This document shows, piece by piece, positions 9,325 through 19,029 of a stretch of DNA of 64,000 nt. Position 1 is the first letter of the stretch; the number at the start of each line of letters is the position of its first letter. The position numbers were made by a program, and so were the translations under genes. The notes below the pieces were generated by a model, which saw nothing but the letters and a program-made list of their open reading frames with translations, was not told where the DNA came from and searched no databases. Origin of the DNA: a virus (lineage: Duplodnaviria; Caudoviricetes). The DNA lies in IMG/VR virus record IMGVR_UViG_2724679183_000002, positions 76,933 through 140,932 of that record. One strand, written 5' to 3'.

Positions 9325-9546
9325 ATGAGGATGGCAGGTTATTTGAACAATGTATCATTAAATCTTGAAATAGTACTTAAAAACACAGCAAAAAATGAAG
9401 AGGTATCTCAAACTATTGCCGAAAGACTTTGTGAAAAATTAATGGTTACCAGGGAAGTAACTTTTTTGCAAGCAGATGGCACTGTTGAAAAATTTAAATT
9501 GAATGACATTGATTATGAGATATCTAATACTGAAGAAATACTTTAA
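9325..9546 (+). CDS. yopT: YopT family protein
   Basis: MAGYLNNVSLNLEIVLKN, synteny. Confidence 0.8.
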   Translation: MRMAGYLNNVSLNLEIVLKNTAKNEEVSQTIAERLCEKLMVTREVTFLQADGTVEKFKLNDIDYEISNTEEIL

Positions 9547-9600
9547 ATAAAATAAATAGGAAGACTCCATTGAACCACAGCACGAATTATTGCAGCGTAG

Positions 9601-9819
9601 TTGGAGCTTGTAGGTGAACACGTGAAATTATTTGTTGATCTTCAGGATTACAACACCATTAATCTCAAACTAACTAAAAAGGTTTTAACATCTGAACAGT
9701 ACCAATTCCTTTTGAACTTTAATGGAAAACAAGTAGACATTACGGTTTCAATAACGCCAGAAAATCTGGTGAAAATAAGAGATCATATCAATGAAATAAT
9801 ATTTAAATTTGCCGAATAA
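9601..9819 (+). CDS. hypothetical protein
   Basis: ORF, start uncertain. Confidence 0.55.
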   Translation: MELVGEHVKLFVDLQDYNTINLKLTKKVLTSEQYQFLLNFNGKQVDITVSITPENLVKIRDHINEIIFKFAE

Positions 9820-9937
9820 AAATCAAATTCGATCATTTGGAAAAAATATGATCGAATTTGATTGACAAAAACAATTTTGTGGGTTACCTTATAGTTAAAT
9901 ATAAAAAATAAGCATAAGGAGGATCGTAGATAAAGCG

Positions 9938-10117
9938 ATGTTGCTTGATGAAAAGCTGAATAAATTAAAAGGCGCATATGACACACTCCTCATTCATAAG
10001 AGTAAAAATGAAATGAGAAGAGTTGTAGGATTGTTTCACTCAATAATTGATTATGCGTATGAAGGCATGTACATAGCTGAGGCACAAATCGACCAAGAAG
10101 GAGAGGCAAATGATTAG
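9938..10117 (+). CDS. 59 aa hypothetical protein MLLDEKLNKLK...
   Basis: AAGGAGG RBS, hand translation. Confidence 0.6.
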   Translation: MLLDEKLNKLKGAYDTLLIHKSKNEMRRVVGLFHSIIDYAYEGMYIAEAQIDQEGEAND

Positions 10118-10352
10118 TATAAAAAGTCCTAAGATTAATACAATTACACTAACTGACTCTAACAAAGCAAGTTTAGTTAGAAGAATTATAGAAAAAGAGA
10201 AACTCGGTTATGAATGCACTCATCCAATAACAGAGAAGTTCTTTGAGTTTGTTGCTACCGGTTCTGCTAAAAGGGGTAGCAAATACCGAAGGGAATACAT
10301 AGGGTATACAAAATTTTTCACCAAAATGAAACTTATTAAAAATAAAATATAA
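10110..10352 (+). CDS. hypothetical protein
   Basis: 80 aa ORF with RBS. Confidence 0.6.
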   Translation: MISIKSPKINTITLTDSNKASLVRRIIEKEKLGYECTHPITEKFFEFVATGSAKRGSKYRREYIGYTKFFTKMKLIKNKI

Positions 10353-10357
10353 GTATG

Positions 10358-10373
10358 TAAAATGTAAGTTTTA
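10358..10373. repeat. junction palindrome
   Basis: TAAAA tgtaag TTTTA. Confidence 0.7.
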
Positions 10374-10422
10374 TCAAGATTGAAATAGGCCGGCAGGCGA
10401 TAGTGAGGAGTGAAGTATTATT

Positions 10423-10659
10423 ATGAAGAATTTATGTTGTGAAACGTGTGGGTTGGATACCCATGAAAATACAACGCCTATCTTTGAAAAGCCTTTAAGA
10501 TTTGCTTTTCGATCAGATATCAAGCAGTTAGAACAAAATACTGACGACCATAGAAAACAAGAAAATATCTGTTTAGACTGTTTCACTGCTGAATTGCAAC
10601 AGGTTAGCAAGGATTGTAAAACACGGTGCAAATTTAAATCAAAGGAGAGCGGACAATGA
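10423..10659 (+). CDS. small Cys-rich hypothetical protein
   Basis: CETC/CLDC motifs, GAGGAG RBS. Confidence 0.65.
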   Translation: MKNLCCETCGLDTHENTTPIFEKPLRFAFRSDIKQLEQNTDDHRKQENICLDCFTAELQQVSKDCKTRCKFKSKESGQ

Positions 10660-11324
10660 ATCTACAAAAAATGTTCGAAATGCAAAAGGTGCTGGATGAT
10701 CGGATCATCAAAGAAAAGGGGCTTGAGGGGCGGGACTTGCTGCCGAACCTCATTCTTGCTCTACAGGTGGAGCTGGCCGAGTGTGCGAATGAATGGCGCG
10801 GCTTTAAGCATTGGAGTGATGACCGGGAGCCGCGTACGAAAATAGAGCATTTTTGTCCAACATGTGATGGCACTGGCGATGAAAATCATGATATTAATTT
10901 GCAATATCTCGAAGAAGGGCATGCAGTTGAACCATATTCCGAATGCCAAGACTGCAACGGCTCTGGGAAGTTAGGTGAAACAAATCCTCTACTTGAGGAA
11001 TACGTTGACTGCCTGCACTTTATTTTGAGTATTGGGAATCACATCAATTATAAAATCGTCTCTACAAAAGAATTACAAGCGTTCTTTTGTGAAATTAATC
11101 TGACGGAACAATTCGCCTCATTATTTGAGGAAATCGTATATATGGCACAAGCAACGAGAGGTCATTCTCCAGCGGAACAAGCGTTAGCAAAGTATAGGTA
11201 TGTATCTCTATTTCAAATATTCATAGGCTTGGGAGTAATGCTCGATTTTACCACTGAACAAATCGAAGCCGCCTACATGGAGAAAAACGCCGTCAATCAT
11301 CAGCGGCAGCAGGAGGGGTATTGA
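10656..11324 (+). CDS. dimeric (all-alpha) dUTPase with Zn-finger insertion
   Basis: Q-LD, ALQVELAECANEWRGFKHW, LLEEYVDCLHF, KNAVNHQRQ motifs; CPTCDGTG/CQDCNGSG insert. Confidence 0.88.
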   Translation: MNLQKMFEMQKVLDDRIIKEKGLEGRDLLPNLILALQVELAECANEWRGFKHWSDDREPRTKIEHFCPTCDGTGDENHDINLQYLEEGHAVEPYSECQDCNGSGKLGETNPLLEEYVDCLHFILSIGNHINYKIVSTKELQAFFCEINLTEQFASLFEEIVYMAQATRGHSPAEQALAKYRYVSLFQIFIGLGVMLDFTTEQIEAAYMEKNAVNHQRQQEGY

Positions 11325-11707
11325 TGGAGAAATTTGATCTTAAATTAATCGGCGGACAGCTGGTAATTGATATGGGACAAACAGCAGATGACAGATTCAA
11401 GCATATAGGTTATAACGGCCAGCCTGCTATTTATGATTTTGATGAAATCTGTGTACCAATTATCGGCACAGTGGAGTTAAGCGATGAGCAAATAAAGAAG
11501 ATTGGGCTTGCTTATACAAACGGTGATAAATGTGATTACTGTGAAGAATACACGGACAAGGTGCGGCCCTCTCCTTTTATGGCCGATGCGGGTGCTTCAA
11601 TGTGTAAAGAGTGTTGGGACGGAACAAAAGAAGAATATGCCACATCCACCGATGAGCATATTGGGGATTTTGAGGATTACCCACACTGGAAGGAGGGCGC
11701 GGAATGA
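11321..11707 (+). CDS. hypothetical Zn-binding protein
   Basis: CDYC/CKEC motifs. Confidence 0.65.
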   Translation: MMEKFDLKLIGGQLVIDMGQTADDRFKHIGYNGQPAIYDFDEICVPIIGTVELSDEQIKKIGLAYTNGDKCDYCEEYTDKVRPSPFMADAGASMCKECWDGTKEEYATSTDEHIGDFEDYPHWKEGAE

Positions 11708-11901
11708 GAAGTCCAACAGAGAAACAATTGGGATTAATTCGAAACATGGAGCAATATATAAGTGCAAGATTCACCGGTAATACAATAAGAGAAGCAAGCG
11801 AATTTATTACAAATCATATGGATGAATACCAAGAAGAGAAAGAAATGGCCGATGAATCAAAGGTTTTATATGATGATGTTTACTATGAAGAAAGCTGGTA
11901 A
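11704..11901 (+). CDS. hypothetical protein (PTEKQ motif)
   Basis: overlapping ATGA junction, RBS. Confidence 0.6.
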   Translation: MRSPTEKQLGLIRNMEQYISARFTGNTIREASEFITNHMDEYQEEKEMADESKVLYDDVYYEESW

Positions 11902-11928
11902 CCTTGCCTGAAGCATAGAGAATCTAAA

Positions 11929-11944
11929 TAAAAGATGCATTTTA
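11929..11944. repeat. junction palindrome, left of SEFIR gene
   Basis: tctaaa TAAAA gatgca TTTTA aagag. Confidence 0.75.
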
Positions 11945-12019
11945 AAGAGATACCTTGTTTGGAGGAATAAAACCATATAAACTTTAGTAGAGACAATTAA
12001 ATACAAGGGAGAAAAATAT

Positions 12020-13441
12020 ATGAATAAAAAAGCCATAAAAAGACCAAAAGTGTTTATATCATATTGTTGGACTTCTGAACAACATGAAGAATGGGTTTTA
12101 GATCTAGCAATACGATTGTCTGAGGGGGATGGCATAGAGGTTATACTTGATAAGTGGGATTTAAAAGAAGGACAAGATAAATATGCATTCATGGAGAGTA
12201 TGGTTACTTCTAAAGAAATAGATAGGGTATTAATCATTTGTGATTCTGGATATCAAAATAAAGCTGATAATAGGACAGGTGGAGTAGGGGATGAAACTCA
12301 AATAATTACCCCGAATGTTTATTCGGATACAAAACAAGAAAAGTTTATTCCTATTATTGCAGAACGAGATGAAAAAGGAAATGCTTTCATTCCTGCTTAC
12401 GTTAAGAATAGAATTTATATTGAACTATCTAATGAAGAAACTTTTGAAGAAAATTATGAAAAATTGATTAGAAATATAATGAAAGCACCAAAGTATAAAA
12501 AACCACCTCTGGGTGAACTACCATTATATTTATTTGATGAAGAAATAAACCACTTTAAAACTAAAAACATTATTAGAAAAATGAGAAACGCTCTTGAAAA
12601 AAATCCTTCAAGGATTAGTTTCCTTTCAGAAGAATTTATTGAAGCATTTGTTGAATCTTTAAAAGGGTTACAAATTCAAAATGAAAAAATTGAAAATAAT
12701 CAAATCGACGATTTAATTAAAGAAGGAATTGATAAGTCATTGCCATTAAAAGATGACTTTATAAATTATTTAAAAGTACTAATTGAGGCAGACAAGGTTG
12801 ATTCGGATGCTTTGGCAGAGCTCTTTGAAAGAATATATGTTTTCACAGAAATACAAAAAGGAATGGATCATTGTCATCCGGAACAATTTGATCACTTTAA
12901 GTTTATACTTCATGAAATCGTTATATACACCTTCACTCTACTGTTCAAGTATAAAATGTACAGCATTATTGCTGACCTATTAGATATGGAATACAATTTG
13001 TCATTTAGGGGAAGTTCTGAAAACTTAACTGCATTCAGATTTTATATAACATCTCTAGATAAAAGAAACAAGAAGCTTAAATTGAATAGGGTAAGTTATC
13101 ATTCTGAATTATTGATGCAAAGATCGAACGACTTAAGAGACGAATTGATAGTAGCTGATGTCTTGCTTTTTCATTTACTAAGAATGAGAAGTGTAAACTT
13201 TGATTGGTTTCCAATCACATATATCCATAATCTTTTTCATTTAAACATTAAGTTTTTAAGTAAATTAAAGTCTGAAAAGTTTGCCCGAAAAAATTTAAGC
13301 GTATTTGGTGTTGACACTATTGAAGAATTAAAAAATAAGATTAAGAACTTTGGAAGGCCTGTATCATTTCAATCAACTTTTGACAGTGCTCCTATTCCAA
13401 GTCAATTTATAAAACCAGAAGATATTGCAACCAAGCCATAA
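12020..13441 (+). CDS. SEFIR/TIR-domain protein, probable anti-phage defence
   Basis: PKVFISYCW...WVLDLA.RL..DGIEVILDKWDLKEGQD...GGVGDE..II is typical of bacterial SEFIR. Confidence 0.88.
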   Translation: MNKKAIKRPKVFISYCWTSEQHEEWVLDLAIRLSEGDGIEVILDKWDLKEGQDKYAFMESMVTSKEIDRVLIICDSGYQNKADNRTGGVGDETQIITPNVYSDTKQEKFIPIIAERDEKGNAFIPAYVKNRIYIELSNEETFEENYEKLIRNIMKAPKYKKPPLGELPLYLFDEEINHFKTKNIIRKMRNALEKNPSRISFLSEEFIEAFVESLKGLQIQNEKIENNQIDDLIKEGIDKSLPLKDDFINYLKVLIEADKVDSDALAELFERIYVFTEIQKGMDHCHPEQFDHFKFILHEIVIYTFTLLFKYKMYSIIADLLDMEYNLSFRGSSENLTAFRFYITSLDKRNKKLKLNRVSYHSELLMQRSNDLRDELIVADVLLFHLLRMRSVNFDWFPITYIHNLFHLNIKFLSKLKSEKFARKNLSVFGVDTIEELKNKIKNFGRPVSFQSTFDSAPIPSQFIKPEDIATKP

Positions 13442-13448
13442 TAGAATA

Positions 13449-13482
13449 AAGGCGTCAATACATATCAATATAATGACGCCTT
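13449..13482 (+). terminator. terminator after SEFIR gene
   Basis: AAGGCGTCA...TGACGCCTT. Confidence 0.7.
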
Positions 13483-13500
13483 AAATATTTTTATATTTAA

Positions 13501-13516
13501 TAAAAGGATTATTTCA
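13501..13516. repeat. junction palindrome, right of SEFIR gene
   Basis: TAAAA ggatta TTTCA. Confidence 0.7.
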
Positions 13517-13537
13517 TCCGGAAGGGAAGAGAGCAAA

Positions 13538-13723
13538 GTGAATTGGTTGGACAATTATATTCAAAATAACGAAACCGGTTATCTAGTTGGATCTGATGAA
13601 GAACTGTGGGTTGATATGAAAAACGGCTATGTTAGAAGCGCAACAGGTACAAAAGAGCCAGTAGGTTTAATCGAAATAACAAAGAATGAATTTATTAAAA
13701 AGTTAGTTGAAAGGGTGTCGTAG
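13538..13723 (+). CDS. hypothetical protein
   Basis: 61 aa ORF with RBS. Confidence 0.55.
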   Translation: MNWLDNYIQNNETGYLVGSDEELWVDMKNGYVRSATGTKEPVGLIEITKNEFIKKLVERVS

Positions 13724-13725
13724 GT

Positions 13726-13902
13726 ATAGGCTACATTAAACACATAATTAAAACAGCCTGGTTTAACTTGGTTTGGTTTAAATGGCATCTTGGAGCTGAC
13801 ATAAGCGTATTTGACGGCTGCGGGTGGAATACATATAAATATCTAAAGGATAAAAATAAAATAAGCGGAGGTTATGTAAGTGCTAAAGACGAATCTGCAT
13901 AG
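13726..13902 (+). CDS. 58 aa Trp-rich protein with ATA start
   Basis: GAAAGGGTG RBS, fills the gap exactly. Confidence 0.5.
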   Translation: MGYIKHIIKTAWFNLVWFKWHLGADISVFDGCGWNTYKYLKDKNKISGGYVSAKDESA

Positions 13903-14095
13903 CAACCACGTTGATGAGATTATTGGAGAATATTACGCTGCTAAAGGATATTCAGTCCAGAGCATTGAACGTCAGGAAAATGGACAGCTGATTGTTGTTA
14001 CGGAGCGAGTAGCAGAAGAGCAGGAACCAGCAAAAGTTGATTTAGCATTTGATTTCATACATAAAAGACCGCACAGAAAAAAATATCTTGCTTAA
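13880..14095 (+). CDS. hypothetical protein
   Basis: GGAGG RBS, GTG start. Confidence 0.65.
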   Translation: MLKTNLHSNHVDEIIGEYYAAKGYSVQSIERQENGQLIVVTERVAEEQEPAKVDLAFDFIHKRPHRKKYLA

Positions 14096-14109
14096 AAGGA
14101 GATATAAAA

Positions 14110-14265
14110 ATGGACAGAATGAAAGAGCTTATTAGGAAAAATCTGAGCTTGAAGAAGATGTTAGAAGCTAACGAAAAAGAGATACTTGAGGAAAAACGTA
14201 AAATAAGAATTCGAAAAATTTCACGAAAGTTAGTCGAAAGACAGCAAGAAAAAGCATTAGTCTAA
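14110..14265 (+). CDS. 51 aa coiled-coil protein
   Basis: AAGGAG RBS, hand translation. Confidence 0.55.
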   Translation: MDRMKELIRKNLSLKKMLEANEKEILEEKRKIRIRKISRKLVERQQEKALV

Positions 14266-14266
14266 A

Positions 14267-14282
14267 TGAAATCGTGATTTTA
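14267..14282. repeat. junction palindrome
   Basis: tctaaa TGAAA tcgtga TTTTA aatag. Confidence 0.75.
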
Positions 14283-14306
14283 AATAGATTAGGAGGAAAA
14301 AAGATT

Positions 14307-14717
14307 ATGAAATCAATTCAAGAAATTATTGCACAAGAGCCAGTATTTTTAAATGATTGGAGCAATAAAGAGGAAGTTTTATCTGATTTTGATGGTGAAC
14401 AATGGAATTATTGCAGTGACAAAAAAGTTGACAGAGATGTAAATATCCTCTTCGCATCATACGGGCATGCAAATTATAGCGGAAACGCTTGGGTGCTTTT
14501 TGAAAAAGACGGAGAGTTATACGAAGTAAATGGGAGTCATTGCTCTTGTTACGGATTAGAAGGTCAATATTCGCCAGAAGTTGTAGTATTGTCCGAATTG
14601 GAAAACAGACTTGTAAATGGGACGTTTGGAGAAGATGACTGGTCGGATAATAATTTCAAAAAAGAATTGTGTCACTTCTTAGATGTTGGATTTAAATTAA
14701 ACAGAGAAGAATTTTAA
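14307..14717 (+). CDS. phage protein with GSHCSCYGLE motif
   Basis: AGGAGG RBS; only gene between two junction palindromes. Confidence 0.75.
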   Translation: MKSIQEIIAQEPVFLNDWSNKEEVLSDFDGEQWNYCSDKKVDRDVNILFASYGHANYSGNAWVLFEKDGELYEVNGSHCSCYGLEGQYSPEVVVLSELENRLVNGTFGEDDWSDNNFKKELCHFLDVGFKLNREEF

Positions 14718-14718
14718 A

Positions 14719-14734
14719 TAAAAGATAGTTTTTA
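14719..14734. repeat. junction palindrome
   Basis: TAAAA gatagt TTTTA. Confidence 0.75.
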
Positions 14735-14756
14735 ATCAGTTATAGGAGGAAATTGA

Positions 14757-15254
14757 ATGGACATAAACATAAACATTAAACGGTTATCACCAGATGTCGT
14801 GATTCCCAAATATGGACACGTCCTCGACGCAGGCTTCGATCTAGTAGCGTCAGAGGATGTAATTATCGAACCGGGTGAAACGAAGTTAGTTCCGACTGGA
14901 CTCGCCCTCGATATCCCATATGGATACATTCTCGAAATTAGGCCACACTCAGGAATTACGTTAAAAACGAGGTTGCGCGTTCAGCTTGGCATGGTCGATT
15001 CCGTCTATAACGGAGAAATCGGTGTAATCGTCGATAATATCTGGCGAGAAGAATGCGGATCAACGCCAAGATTGTGTATTCTAAATGGAAAGACAGAGTA
15101 TCTTGACGGTATTTATTATCCGAAATTCACATACCTGATCCGCAAAGGTGATCGTATCGCCCAAGGCGTAATCAAGCCAATTGAGTATGCTGTGTTTACG
15201 GAAGCTGCTGCACTTGGCGATAGCGATCGAGGTACGAGTCAATTTAAAGTCTGA
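14757..15254 (+). CDS. trimeric-type dUTPase, degenerate (motif II PHSG, motif V truncated)
   Basis: DAGFDL, VPTGL, VDS.Y.GEI, GDRIAQ present; RG.GGFGSTG lost. Confidence 0.75.
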   Translation: MDININIKRLSPDVVIPKYGHVLDAGFDLVASEDVIIEPGETKLVPTGLALDIPYGYILEIRPHSGITLKTRLRVQLGMVDSVYNGEIGVIVDNIWREECGSTPRLCILNGKTEYLDGIYYPKFTYLIRKGDRIAQGVIKPIEYAVFTEAAALGDSDRGTSQFKV

Positions 15255-15396
15255 ATCGACGTTTTTCCTCAAAGTAATCGGGATACTTATTCTGTTTAGA
15301 TTTTGATTTGTATACAAAGCAGATTACAGCAGCTAGGATATAGTCCATGACTTTATCAAAAGTCCAATTTGCGAACAAATCCAGAAGAAATTTCAT
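15244..15396 (-). CDS. 50 aa single-TM protein MKFLLDLFANWTFDKVMDY... (YoqT-like)
   Basis: GGAGGTG RBS, hand translation. Confidence 0.7.
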   Translation of the reverse strand: MKFLLDLFANWTFDKVMDYILAAVICFVYKSKSKQNKYPDYFEEKRRFRL

Positions 15397-15536
15397 TAGA
15401 TTTCACCTCCGAGACAAAACTGTCCAGTCTCTTTTATATGGCATGCGTATGACATGCCTTCATTAATAAAGAGTGAAATGTAATATGAAAATCTAAAAAG
15501 AATTGAAAAAAACATAAAAAAATAGAGGCGGTATAA

Positions 15537-16319
15537 ATGACTAAAATTAACGAAAAGATTCATGTGCTAACCGACGAAAGTTTAGGCAGAATCAAACGCG
15601 AATATGTAGAGGTCGATAGGAAGGCAGATGTGGGAGATCGAGTTGTTGCAGATGGAGACTATCGGGAGGTCGTAGCCATTTCTTCGAGGCGTGGCATTTG
15701 TTTAGACGGAGATATATGTCTAGGAATTCCCCATTCTTACCGTACTCTTGAACCGACCAGCATTGTCCACATTGACGGTGAGCGCTATAAAATGGTCGAC
15801 CGAAAGGCAAAAGTAGGCGAGAAAGTAATCATTACCGAGAGAGTAGATTTTTATATGGACGACATGACTGTTGGAAAAGTATATGAAGTTATAAATATTA
15901 GTGGAGAAGAAGATGTTGAGGTAATGGATGACACCGAGGAAAAAGCGACTGCATCGAAGAGCGGTTATCTAAGCCTCGTCTCACTGACTAAAGAAAATAA
16001 GCACCAAAAACCTAAAGCAAAGACAAGAGGATACAAAGAAGTCAAAAATCTTATACATCATGAATTAAGTATCACGAGGCAAGATATTCAAGAAATGATT
16101 AATGTTGCAGTAATAAATGAAATCAAGAAAATGTCCGAGGCAGGAGAGTTTTATAAAATAGCAAGCTCAAAAATTGACTCGATTATTAAAGATGGATTCA
16201 GTGACAGAGGGAATTTGCTATATGGATTTAAGGAGAGGGTGTCACAAACAATTTCTGATGAGGTAGGAAAACGTATCGCCAATAATTTAAACATAAATGT
16301 GGAATTGAAAAATCAATAA
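15537..16319 (+). CDS. phage protein with tandem VDRKAxVG (SH3-like) repeats
   Basis: EVDRKADVGDRV / MVDRKAKVGEKV. Confidence 0.7.
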   Translation: MTKINEKIHVLTDESLGRIKREYVEVDRKADVGDRVVADGDYREVVAISSRRGICLDGDICLGIPHSYRTLEPTSIVHIDGERYKMVDRKAKVGEKVIITERVDFYMDDMTVGKVYEVINISGEEDVEVMDDTEEKATASKSGYLSLVSLTKENKHQKPKAKTRGYKEVKNLIHHELSITRQDIQEMINVAVINEIKKMSEAGEFYKIASSKIDSIIKDGFSDRGNLLYGFKERVSQTISDEVGKRIANNLNINVELKNQ

Positions 16320-16332
16320 AATAGTTATTTTA
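16317..16332. repeat. junction palindrome overlapping the stop codon
   Basis: TAAAA tagtta TTTTA. Confidence 0.75.
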
Positions 16333-16764
16333 TTGAAAGGGGCAATGAAAGTGCCTAATCAAAAGCAAATAAAACGCATGAATGATATTAATGACCTGAT
16401 AAAGCTTATTGCAAGTATAGACAGATGTACTTTCTACTGTAAGTCAAAGGATCGAATAGCGTATTTCAGATTTAGAACAAAGTTGTTTTTCGTTGATGAT
16501 TACACAGGGGAAGACGTTTATCCATATGAATTAGGATACGGTCGTGCAAACGGCTTTTCACATGGAGGGAACATGTGGCAACTGGTCAACAGCTTTAGAA
16601 ATTTCATCATAACAGGGAAATGCGGCGAGCTGAGGGATTATAAAGAAATATGGGCTTACAGTTATGAAGGGTGTACGAAAATCCGTCAGAAGGCAAAAGA
16701 AATAGGATTTATAGAGACTGTCGATTATCCTTATAGCTTCGATGAATGGATGAAAACTAATTGA
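16333..16764 (+). CDS. hypothetical phage protein (GFSHGG motif)
   Basis: ORF; probable start ATG 16345. Confidence 0.7.
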   Translation: MKGAMKVPNQKQIKRMNDINDLIKLIASIDRCTFYCKSKDRIAYFRFRTKLFFVDDYTGEDVYPYELGYGRANGFSHGGNMWQLVNSFRNFIITGKCGELRDYKEIWAYSYEGCTKIRQKAKEIGFIETVDYPYSFDEWMKTN

Positions 16765-16829
16765 TCCATGTACAAAATTTTCATTAGATATTTAATGGCT
16801 TGGCGCTAAGGAGTTATGTAGCGGAGAGG

Positions 16830-17642
16830 TTAGACTCTCCAGGATTCGAAGGAAGGTATGCGGAGTTTACCGTGTTTCGTCTTAAATCTGTGCTTCACAT
16901 TACATAAGATGGGCTCTATAAATACATAATCGTCAGTTTCAGACCTTAATTGTTTCATAGAATGGAACTTACTGCGTTCTGCATTCGGCATGAATTCCAT
17001 AAATCCAGCTGCAGTTCCATCGGGGTAAGACAGAAGGAATTTTATATCCTTTTTGGTGTAGCCAGTTATAAGTACATCTGTGTAATCGTAATTGATTACT
17101 TTCAGCCAGTTATGTGAACGCTTATTTATTTCATAAGGGGAGTTAGCTTTCTTTAATACGATTCCTTCAAGATTCTTTTCTTTGACCAGATTAAAGTAAG
17201 CTAATCCGTTTCCGTGTATGCCTTCAATAACAAAAACATTGAGATGGTCAATATTAAGGTCTAGAAGTATGTTTTTACGCTCAGTGAGGGGCTTGTGAGA
17301 GATTGATTGTCCATCCCTATAGATAACGTCAAAGACACAGTAAACGACCTTGTGAGCCGATTTATTAGACATAAAGCGTTCCATTACAGCTTCAAAGTCA
17401 GGAGAACCGCCTGGCGCAGCCACAATGATTTCACCATCAAGCACTGTTCCATTAGGAATATCTATATCTAAGAGCTCTGGGAACTTGCTTGTTACTTCGT
17501 TGTTGTGACGAGTGTAAAGCTTAATCTGATTATCAAATTTAGAAAGAATCAAACGGATTCCATCAAATTTCAGCTCGGTAATATAACTATCGTCATCAAA
17601 TGGTTCTTTGATTGAATGCAATAACATTGGCGATACAAACAA
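16830..17642 (-). CDS. ligB: ATP-dependent DNA ligase
   Basis: ELKFDGIR, LDGEI, EGIVLK, WLKV motifs. Confidence 0.95.
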   Translation of the reverse strand: MFVSPMLLHSIKEPFDDDSYITELKFDGIRLILSKFDNQIKLYTRHNNEVTSKFPELLDIDIPNGTVLDGEIIVAAPGGSPDFEAVMERFMSNKSAHKVVYCVFDVIYRDGQSISHKPLTERKNILLDLNIDHLNVFVIEGIHGNGLAYFNLVKEKNLEGIVLKKANSPYEINKRSHNWLKVINYDYTDVLITGYTKKDIKFLLSYPDGTAAGFMEFMPNAERSKFHSMKQLRSETDDYVFIEPILCNVKHRFKTKHGKLRIPSFESWRV

Positions 17643-17711
17643 AATATCACCTCCTACTTAGAACATAATAGCTAAGCGAAGGTGAGATATAAAGCAAAAT
17701 GACTGTGGTAC

Positions 17712-18386
17712 TTAATGGGATTCTATAAGCTCCGGTGAGTTGTTTTTAGGCGAGTTAACTAAGGATGAAACTTGATAAGCTTCCATGTCGTTGGGATCGT
17801 ATGGTAGCAGTAAGCTTTGTAGATAATCAGGATCAGTATTTTTAGGATTTAACCATTCCTTTTCGTTGTCATGCGTTAAGATAACAGGCATTCGATCATG
17901 TATGTCCTTCATAAGCTCATTGGGTTTTGTAGTAATAATTGTGCAGGTGTATAGTGGATTGCCTTCTGGTGTGTTCCACTTTTCATATAAGCCTGCAAAA
18001 GCAAAGAGATTGGATGATTTAAGCTTAATCCGCATGGGAATCTTAGTCTTTGGATCAAGACGTTTCCATTCATAAAAACTGTCAGCCGGTATGATACAAC
18101 GTTTGCTGACAAGCGGCTTTCTGAAGCTGGGTTTCTCGGCCAATGTTTCAGCACGGGCATTAATCATTTTATAGCCGATCTTTTCATCCTTAGCCCAGGG
18201 AGGAATAAGACCCCATCTAAGCTTACCCAGACGGTTGTTTGATCCATCATTAATGATTGTCAGGATATTTTGTGAAGGGGCAATGTTATAACTTGGATGG
18301 TATTCGTCTTCGGACAAAAATTGATCTATATTAAACTGTTCGATGATGTCATCAAACTCAGAAAATAAAGTGAACCTGCCACACAT
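17712..18386 (-). CDS. yoqW: SRAP/HMCES abasic-site protection protein
   Basis: MCGRF N-terminus, WGLIP, NARAET, FYEW, HDRMP. Confidence 0.95.
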   Translation of the reverse strand: MCGRFTLFSEFDDIIEQFNIDQFLSEDEYHPSYNIAPSQNILTIINDGSNNRLGKLRWGLIPPWAKDEKIGYKMINARAETLAEKPSFRKPLVSKRCIIPADSFYEWKRLDPKTKIPMRIKLKSSNLFAFAGLYEKWNTPEGNPLYTCTIITTKPNELMKDIHDRMPVILTHDNEKEWLNPKNTDPDYLQSLLLPYDPNDMEAYQVSSLVNSPKNNSPELIESH

Positions 18387-18456
18387 GTTCATCATCCTTT
18401 AGGGTTTTTGAATATTGTACAGGCTTGATACACGAAAATCAAAAAGGAGGAATGTG

Positions 18457-18672
18457 ATGCAGCAAACAGTTGAGGTTAAAGAAGTTGAAGTGTTGATTAG
18501 AGGGATATGGACAAAGAAGAAGTTCACGGATATCCAAAAGGGACAAACCTTTAAGATTGAGGAGAACGGAAGAGCAAAGAAATACATAGCAAGAACAGAT
18601 CCTTATTGGGATGAGATGTATGAAACCTACATAATTGATTTATTGGATAAAAATAAAATAAGTATAGGGTGA
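18457..18672 (+). CDS. yoqX: YoqX-like protein
   Basis: AGGAGG RBS, synteny. Confidence 0.65.
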   Translation: MQQTVEVKEVEVLIRGIWTKKKFTDIQKGQTFKIEENGRAKKYIARTDPYWDEMYETYIIDLLDKNKISIG

Positions 18673-19004
18673 TGTTTCTGAATTTATTGAGAGATGCCCG
18701 GATATTAAGAAGAGAACTTCTTCCTGGAGCTTTAGCATTCGTGGGCATGAACTTGTTTGTATACTTTCTATTCGGTGGTTTAACAGCTACAGACTATCAG
18801 ATCATGGTAACACGAAGGACAGCAATGGTTATTGTAAGTATTGGAATACCATGTTGTTTTGTTCTAAAGTACTTGATCGTTTGGAGACCGTTAATCCGAA
18901 AGGCAATGGAAGAGTTAAAGGAAGAAGATCAGAATGTACGTATACTCAAGAAATATGAATTTCTAAGAAGGAAATTTGATAAAACAGAGATTTTATCAGG
19001 ATAA
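18669..19004 (+). CDS. two-TM membrane protein
   Basis: two hydrophobic segments. Confidence 0.65.
   Translation: MMFLNLLRDARILRRELLPGALAFVGMNLFVYFLFGGLTATDYQIMVTRRTAMVIVSIGIPCCFVLKYLIVWRPLIRKAMEELKEEDQNVRILKKYEFLRRKFDKTEILSG
18980..18995. repeat. junction palindrome, left of gad1
   Basis: ttga TAAAA cagaga TTTTA tcag. Confidence 0.75.
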
Positions 19005-19029
19005 AAATAAAATGAAAAGGGGATTTTTA

